DNA from: a virus
Taxonomy: Duplodnaviria; Caudoviricetes
Length of the DNA: 32,543 nucleotides
Virus record (IMG/VR): IMGVR_UViG_3300033076_000957
Location: 1 to 32,543 of that record
Strand: one strand, 5' to 3'
Shown: piece by piece, positions 26,740-32,543 of the stretch
Layout: each line of letters starts with the position of its first letter
How positions within the stretch are numbered: position 1 is the first letter of the stretch
Program-made: the position numbers and the translations under genes
Notes under the pieces: generated by a model
Told to the model about the DNA's origin: nothing
The model's input: the letters and a program-made list of their open reading frames with translations, nothing else
Database searches by the model: none

Positions 26740-27867
26740 ATGTCAATAATATCCGAACCAGAAAGAAGTAAATTATATACCAAAGTACGACATGTATTAG
26801 GTGCCCCTTTGCGTTCAGTTGAACTCGAAGATGAACAAATGGATACATTATTGGAATTTGCAATTGGTGATTACTCTCAATACATACAAGATTGGTTAAT
26901 TGATACTCAATGGACATCATTGTATAATTTAAATTTAGATACCCAATCTTTATCCCGAGCATTTATAACTAAAAGTTTAGATTTTGAAAATAGATATGCT
27001 CAGGCGTATTCTAAAATAGTTGGATTACAATCATCGCCACTTGGGGAATGGGAGTTAAAGAAAGATTACATAACTTTAGAACCCAATAAACAGATTTATG
27101 AAATTCCGGCAGGTCGTGAAATTAACGAATTGTTGTGGTTTACGCCATCAGAATTAACAAACATTTTATTTGACCCATGGAGTTTTGGAGCGTTAGGAGG
27201 TTATGGTTTGGGAGGTCCGGCAGGTTACTCTCAGATGGGTTATACAGGTTCATACTTTATGATGCCAGCATTTGATATGATGTTAAGATTACAAGAAATT
27301 AACATTCAAAGAAGAATTATTGCGGGTGATTTAACATATAGAATAACCGCATTACCTGATGGTAAAAAAGCAATTCACTTAATGCAAACACCTGGTGGAA
27401 GGTTTGACTTTGGTAATTCGTCATTAAGGAACTCACAAGTTTGGTATTGGTATTATGATGTTGGTCCTGACGATAGAGACGCATGTTTAAGGGCAAATCC
27501 TGATATTATTAAAATGCCTTCAGATGTCCCAATGGACTCAATGTCGTGGGTTGATTTAAATAACCCGTCTCAGCAATGGGTTAGAAGGTGGTTTATTGCA
27601 TCTTGTAAAGAAACGTTATCAAAAGTTAGAGGAAAATATTCAGGAAACTTAAAAACACCTGATTCTGAACTTACTTTAGACTATCAATCTTTAGCAACAG
27701 AAGCCAAAGACGAAAAGGCAAAATTGTGGGATGATTTGTTCGGAGCTGAAGGAAAACTTACAAGACTTAGACCTGAAAAAATAATGGAACGTGAAGCAAA
27801 CATTGCTGAAAATCTACAAAAACAAATGAAAACGAGAGCGTTCCCAAGAAATATGTATGTGATTTAA
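26740..27867 (+). CDS. Neck / head-tail adaptor protein (T4 gp13-like)
   Basis: 375 aa. LGAPLRSVELEDEQMD at the N-terminus and WVRRWFIASCKETLSKVRGKY...LTLDYQSL..EA..E near the C-terminus, typical of gp13-like adaptors. Confidence 0.78.
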   Translation: MSIISEPERSKLYTKVRHVLGAPLRSVELEDEQMDTLLEFAIGDYSQYIQDWLIDTQWTSLYNLNLDTQSLSRAFITKSLDFENRYAQAYSKIVGLQSSPLGEWELKKDYITLEPNKQIYEIPAGREINELLWFTPSELTNILFDPWSFGALGGYGLGGPAGYSQMGYTGSYFMMPAFDMMLRLQEINIQRRIIAGDLTYRITALPDGKKAIHLMQTPGGRFDFGNSSLRNSQVWYWYYDVGPDDRDACLRANPDIIKMPSDVPMDSMSWVDLNNPSQQWVRRWFIASCKETLSKVRGKYSGNLKTPDSELTLDYQSLATEAKDEKAKLWDDLFGAEGKLTRLRPEKIMEREANIAENLQKQMKTRAFPRNMYVI

Positions 27868-27870
27868 TTT

Positions 27871-28206
27871 ATGGCGGTCCAACGTTCAATACAAATGCAA
27901 AGAGTCATTGCCGGTCAGATAATTGAAACGTCAGAGGTGTGTTTTGTAACTGATGACAATTATACAACTGATGGTGAATACGTAGTTGTGACTAAAACAA
28001 ATAGAAATATCACAATCAATTTAGACCACGCCAAAAATGACCATTTAATCATTAAGTCATTAACAAACACTAAGGTTATACCTATTCAGGGGAAAATCGA
28101 TGAGGAATATTCCGAAATTAACCTAAATAAAGGTTCGAGTATCGAACTATTCTTTTCTTTTGGTAACTGGTATATTCTCTCATCGGACGGTATTAAGGAA
28201 CAATAA
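27871..28206 (+). CDS. Hypothetical beta-rich protein, possibly virion-associated
   Basis: 111 aa, 3 nt after the neck gene. ITINL...LIIK...GSSIELF..GNWYI resembles small beta-sandwich fibre/decoration domains. Confidence 0.7.
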   Translation: MAVQRSIQMQRVIAGQIIETSEVCFVTDDNYTTDGEYVVVTKTNRNITINLDHAKNDHLIIKSLTNTKVIPIQGKIDEEYSEINLNKGSSIELFFSFGNWYILSSDGIKEQ

Positions 28207-31002
28207 TTAAACCATTTCTTTCCACCCTTCCTCTGCCAACTCATAGATATATTCAGGGTCAATTCCTCGTTTTTCCCAGTATATCTTTTCTTGTTCGGTA
28301 ATAGTTAATAAATCCTCAATACTATCTTGGTCTTCAGGTTCAAATGGAACACCATTGATTAGTTTACATTGCTCTTTTGTAAAAATACCTCTTTTACTTG
28401 GGTCATCTACAATTAAGTTATTTCTAACTTCTTCACCAAACACAATCAACAAAGGTTCAATACGTTTATTAAATGTTACCACAGCTCTTGGAACATTGTA
28501 TTCACCCAACATATTTGGATTATTTTCAACCTCTGTTGGGTCTAAACGATAACAATTAAGTTTTACATATGATTCAACCATTTCACGAGGTATTACACCA
28601 TACCCTTCCATCATATTATCCAAATCAGATTGTGACCATCCCTTTTTAGGTCGGTTAACTTTTTGGACATCTCCGTGTGATGCTTTAATACCATTGTTTA
28701 CATAGAATATTACATCACCCAAACTAACCGCAATACCATCTCTCATAGCCAATTCCATATGGGCCATACGTGACATTTCATTACCCGCTTTGGTCTTTTC
28801 TTTTGAACGTTTTTTATAATCGTCAATAGATAATTTAACCTTTGCTCTTTGGGCAATCTTCATAAGTGGAATTTGTTTGTTATAAATCTTTTCCAAATAT
28901 TCATAATACCACTCAACAAAATCTTGTCCATTACCTTCTAACAACATCTTAATTCCTTTATCCAAGAAATCCTCAATATACAAAGGTAGTTTCTTACTTT
29001 TGATTGAGTTACCCGTAAGTTTAATCTTTCCATTGTGTTCCATTGTTGCGTAGTTCTTACGAGCAATGTTCATACAGGATTTCCAAGTTCCATCACAATC
29101 AAGACCCATCGCCCCTTTCATAAACATATCGTTAAACTCGGCAACATCTGCATCATATCCCTTGTATTCCTTACCTTCTTTAACCAACCAATTGTTACCC
29201 TTACCGATATAAGTTCTATCATCTACACCACCTTCAGGTAATGAGAAGTTCATACCATCCGTATCACATACAAGTGGTGTATATCCTCGTTTCATAAAGA
29301 AACGTAACATCTGACGAAGGTATTGTCGTCCTGTACAAGTAATCTGTTCACCCATATACATATCACCCCAGTGATATACTTGTGGAGCGGACAACGCCCC
29401 GAACATTGAGTTAATGAAAATCTTAATCGGTAATTGTTTACGGTCATAAGATGTTGCTTGTTTTTTGTCAATATCCTGATATTCCTTGGCCAAGTTTTTA
29501 TACTTGATACGAGTGTTACGGAAGTAATTTAACATTCCTTTCATCGCTCCTGTAATATCACAAGTTGGGAATACATCGTGAACCAACTGAATTGATGGAT
29601 AAAGTGACGAGAAGTCAAGTTTCAATACATCAGTTGAAAATCCAACTTTTAGTAGTCGTGACAACCCCCCAACAAATTCTGTCTTTTCATTCTTAGCAGG
29701 AATCGCTAACTTATGTTTATAAGACCAAGCTCTCATTTGAATTTCCCACAACGTAGCGGTTCCCATAGTTGAAACCCTTTCATATGTCGTTGGGACCAAA
29801 GACGCAAGTAGGAATGAACCTTGATTGAATTCTTCATCAACCGTTAGGGTTTCCTCCAAGTCATCGTCAAGATATCTCTCAACCAAATCATCACCTGTTG
29901 TTTTAATATATACGTTTGAGTGTTTTGAACACGCTTCGTCAATTGTGGGGTCAATCCCCACTTTCTTATACTTACCATTCTGAATATTTAACCAATATTC
30001 TTCTTTCTTCGCATAAAACGGACCAATGTCTGTATGGTCAATATATACACGGTCAGCCGCTTCAGCTTTAATATATTGAGTTATATATTTCAAACCCGCA
30101 GATTTAATTGATGAATTAATTGCTTGTGCCCGTCTTACTGCGTGTAATGTATCTACAACATTATAACCCCACATTGAGGTTTGGTTAAACCTTTCAACCT
30201 CGTTCGCCAACTTTAACATACTTTCAGATTGTTTAATTGGATTAGCAGGATTTAAGGTTTTTGCAATCTTTTTAATATCCAACTTTAACGCTTTAGCCCT
30301 TTCAAATATCCAAAACCAGTCGAAGTTGAATCCGTTGTAAGATGCAATGATACTTGGTTTAAGTTCGTCTATCGTATTGAAAAATTTGATAATACCTTCT
30401 CTTTCTTGTTCTTCAGTTGAACACTCAATTACCTGACTAAACCCTTTATTGGTTTTCATCCCTATCATGAAGATACGACCGTCTTTTGGTTCTAATGCGG
30501 TCGTCTCCAAGTCAAACACAAACCTCGTGATACTATTGTAATCGTCAAATCCTTTGAACAATCGTTTTTCTTTTGTCACTAAGAATTGTTCAACAGGAGG
30601 GAGTATTAGAATTAATCCTTTTGTTTTTTCACCCCAAGGGTCGACTCCACCATCTCTAAAGAATTGTATTAATGAACGATAACCATTTAAAGATTTAACC
30701 ATATAAGTTAAACCTTTCTCTAATCTTTCATTACCGTCTGTCCGTAATTTTTCAATGACAATTTTATGTTTTGTCATCGCTTCTTTTTGTAGAGCTTTTG
30801 AAGATTGGTAAAAATTTAATCCACGTAAATCACCGACCCAAGCAAATGGGACAAAAGTGTCTTTCTTAATTTGTTTTCCGTGGATTGGGTGTTCGATGAT
30901 TTTCCAAACACAATCTTTGACATAATCGTATTCGACACCGATTATATATTTTTCATCATCATTTCCTTGTAGGAAATTTTCAATTTCTTCGTTAGATATC
31001 AT
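28207..31002 (-). CDS. polB: DNA polymerase family B with 3'-5' exonuclease
   Basis: 931 aa. ExoI FDLETT, ExoII YNGFNFDW, ExoIII YLDDD, motif A DFSSLYPSI, motif B KIFINSMFG, motif C CDTDG, then KNYA. No intein evident. Confidence 0.95.
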   Translation of the reverse strand: MISNEEIENFLQGNDDEKYIIGVEYDYVKDCVWKIIEHPIHGKQIKKDTFVPFAWVGDLRGLNFYQSSKALQKEAMTKHKIVIEKLRTDGNERLEKGLTYMVKSLNGYRSLIQFFRDGGVDPWGEKTKGLILILPPVEQFLVTKEKRLFKGFDDYNSITRFVFDLETTALEPKDGRIFMIGMKTNKGFSQVIECSTEEQEREGIIKFFNTIDELKPSIIASYNGFNFDWFWIFERAKALKLDIKKIAKTLNPANPIKQSESMLKLANEVERFNQTSMWGYNVVDTLHAVRRAQAINSSIKSAGLKYITQYIKAEAADRVYIDHTDIGPFYAKKEEYWLNIQNGKYKKVGIDPTIDEACSKHSNVYIKTTGDDLVERYLDDDLEETLTVDEEFNQGSFLLASLVPTTYERVSTMGTATLWEIQMRAWSYKHKLAIPAKNEKTEFVGGLSRLLKVGFSTDVLKLDFSSLYPSIQLVHDVFPTCDITGAMKGMLNYFRNTRIKYKNLAKEYQDIDKKQATSYDRKQLPIKIFINSMFGALSAPQVYHWGDMYMGEQITCTGRQYLRQMLRFFMKRGYTPLVCDTDGMNFSLPEGGVDDRTYIGKGNNWLVKEGKEYKGYDADVAEFNDMFMKGAMGLDCDGTWKSCMNIARKNYATMEHNGKIKLTGNSIKSKKLPLYIEDFLDKGIKMLLEGNGQDFVEWYYEYLEKIYNKQIPLMKIAQRAKVKLSIDDYKKRSKEKTKAGNEMSRMAHMELAMRDGIAVSLGDVIFYVNNGIKASHGDVQKVNRPKKGWSQSDLDNMMEGYGVIPREMVESYVKLNCYRLDPTEVENNPNMLGEYNVPRAVVTFNKRIEPLLIVFGEEVRNNLIVDDPSKRGIFTKEQCKLINGVPFEPEDQDSIEDLLTITEQEKIYWEKRGIDPEYIYELAEEGWKEMV

Positions 31003-31026
31003 AAATTAAACTTTTGGTGTATTAGC

Positions 31027-31046
31027 TTCCGAATTATAGGTCGGAA
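31027..31046 (-). promoter_or_regulatory. 5'-UTR hairpin of the DNA polymerase gene (6-bp stem, 8-nt loop)
   Basis: mRNA UUCCGA-CCUAUAAU-UCGGAA, 24 nt before the ATG, with no U-tract. Confidence 0.5.
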
Positions 31047-31064
31047 TTTACCTTATATGGGTTA

Positions 31065-31093
31065 AGTTTAATTTAATAATATGTCAAAGTCAA
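31065..31093 (-). promoter_or_regulatory. Putative host-RNAP promoter for DNA polymerase
   Basis: (T)TTGACT-N17-TAAACT on the minus strand; same architecture as the SSB promoter. Confidence 0.5.
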
Positions 31094-31094
31094 A

Positions 31095-32543
31095 TTAAGC
31101 GTTTAATTTTATTGTAATAGTACCATTTAAGTCTCCGTTAGCATTAATATATGCGTATGTGCCATCGAATGTGAAATTAGATGCGTTATTTATAACAAAC
31201 TGTCCGTTATTTGTTAATTGACTATTTGTTTTATAGGTTGCGGGATTTGGACTACTAACACTTAAATCAATTATAATTACTCCAGTACCACCTCCATAAC
31301 TAGTTCTAATCCAAATTTCAGGTCTTCCATTTTGACCTGATGAATTATAGTCTGCACCAATAAATGATGACCCCGCCAAAGGAGTTCCTATCAATGATTG
31401 GGTTAATTGTCTATTTAAGATACCTGTTGAGCCAACGACTTCATTAATTGTCACTAAATTTGAACTAATTGAAGTGAAATAAATATACTCAGTTCCCGTA
31501 TCAAATCGTACTATTGGTTTATACGTGGTACTAAGCGGAGACCCAAAAGTATTTGCGTTGGGTACTACTATTCCTCCATTGGCAACTGTTGGTCTAGTTG
31601 CTGCGGTAGCATATGTCCAACTACACACATTTGAAATATATCTGTAATTTGCCGACCCAAATATATATAATCTATTTGGTGATTCAATACTGAATGCCAT
31701 GTGAAATCCAGTTGAGGAGCCTACTGAAAATGCGTATGATAAACTTGTACTAATTACTCTAACATTCAGGTTAGCACTTGAATAGTTATTGTAAAAATAA
31801 AATCCACAGGAAGATTTTGTTCCTTCGGTCGAATTTGGTGCCCCCGCAGTAAATGTAAATGGGTCTTGTATAGTAACTAATTGTGGTTGATTAGTAGTTA
31901 GAGGTTGTAAATTAATTGAATAGATACTACCACTATTATCCACAATTGTTAGTACATCACCATTTAAACTAGACCCTACGTTAAAAATTGCACTGACATA
32001 TGATGCACTAGGACGTGATGGAGATAATACCTCATAAAGAATAACACTAGGATTTAATGTACTAATAATTCTGAATGAATAATAATAGAGTCCCGCATTT
32101 GATACTATAATTGGAGATATATAATATCCGCTAAAATATATAGTCGGCAATAGGTTAGGATTGATTGGTGTAAAAATTGTATTCGATGTCGTAGTTCCAA
32201 GATTATATGACGCCTCAAAAAATCCATATGGAATTGTTGGTGTTGGAGTAATTGTTGGAGTTACTGTATTAGTTGGAGTAATTGTTGGAGTAATTGTTGA
32301 TGTTGGAGTAATTGTTGGAGTAATTGTTGATGTTGGAGTAATTGTTGGAGTAATTGTTGGAGTTTGAGTAATTGTTGGGGTAATTGTTGAGGTTGGGGTA
32401 ATTGTTGAGGTAGTTGTTGGGGTTTGTGTTGTTGTCGGTGTTTGAGTTTGTGTTGTAGTTGGGGTAGTTGTTGGGGTTTGTGTGGTTGTTGGGGTTTGTG
32501 TGGTTGTTGGGGTTTGTGTGGTTGTTGGGGTTTGTGTGGTTGT
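31095..32543 (-). CDS. C-terminal part of a Thr/Pro-repeat virion surface/fibre-like protein; 5' end lies outside the window
   Basis: The frame of track ORF 31095..32150 stays open upstream to the window edge (...TPTIPYGFFEASYNLGTTTSNTIFTPINPNL-LPTIY...), so TTG 32150 is not the true start. The C-terminal region is Ser/Thr/Asn/Tyr-rich beta-type. Confidence 0.75.
   Translation of the reverse strand, partial: TTTQTPTTTQTPTTTQTPTTTQTPTTTPTTTQTQTPTTTQTPTTTSTITPTSTITPTITQTPTITPTITPTSTITPTITPTSTITPTITPTNTVTPTITPTPTIPYGFFEASYNLGTTTSNTIFTPINPNLLPTIYFSGYYISPIIVSNAGLYYYSFRIISTLNPSVILYEVLSPSRPSASYVSAIFNVGSSLNGDVLTIVDNSGSIYSINLQPLTTNQPQLVTIQDPFTFTAGAPNSTEGTKSSCGFYFYNNYSSANLNVRVISTSLSYAFSVGSSTGFHMAFSIESPNRLYIFGSANYRYISNVCSWTYATAATRPTVANGGIVVPNANTFGSPLSTTYKPIVRFDTGTEYIYFTSISSNLVTINEVVGSTGILNRQLTQSLIGTPLAGSSFIGADYNSSGQNGRPEIWIRTSYGGGTGVIIIDLSVSSPNPATYKTNSQLTNNGQFVINNASNFTFDGTYAYINANGDLNGTITIKLNA
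32234..32543 (-). repeat. Coding tandem repeats encoding a Thr/Pro-rich linker
   Basis: Plus-strand units GTTGGAGTAATT (12 bp, ITPT), composite 30-bp units and GTTGGGGTTTGTGTGGTT (18 bp, TTQTPT); all multiples of 3. Confidence 0.9.

Noticed and set aside
28207-31002. Intein or intron in the DNA polymerase
   Set aside because: Continuous ORF, normal motif spacing, no splice-junction or homing endonuclease motifs.
32161-32367. Plus-strand ORF with VGVI repeats resembling a membrane peptide
   Set aside because: It is the antisense reading of the Thr/Pro repeat.
32234-32543. Possible CRISPR array or telomere-like repeat
   Set aside because: No unique spacers; units are multiples of 3 inside an open frame.
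1-32543. Stop-codon reassignment as in some large phages
   Set aside because: Genes are full length and tightly packed in code 11; the only gaps are filled by short ORFs.

Overview
AT-rich 32.5-kb segment of a large tailed dsDNA phage with a contractile tail and T4-like gene content, read in the standard genetic code. The host is probably Bacteroidota: there is a TTTG-N20-TAnnTTTG promoter and A/T-rich start regions without Shine-Dalgarno motifs. Left to right it holds: the start of a 5'-3' exonuclease, a RecA/UvsX-like recombinase, a gp32-like SSB and two small late genes. Next is a minus-strand tail block (hub, LysM/gp53-like wedge, tube initiator, tape measure, gp26/gp51-like chaperones, tube, HAD phosphatase, sheath, gp15- and gp14-like genes). 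A plus-strand block follows (SNF2 helicase, Mn-type SOD, gp13-like neck protein, small protein), then family B DNA polymerase and a 5'-truncated Thr/Pro-repeat protein. The best leads not in the ORF track are four. (1) A likely +1 frameshift (UUU UUU CGC) fusing the gp26-like chaperone to a hidden gp51-like ORF. (2) A TATTTAT late-promoter motif, the reverse complement of the T4 late promoter, that also precedes the SOD and HAD genes, which may be capsid-packaged cargo. (3) An unannotated ribbon-helix-helix gene with a palindromic operator. (4) A T4-gene-43-like hairpin before the polymerase gene. All product calls rest on motif recognition by eye; no searches were run.
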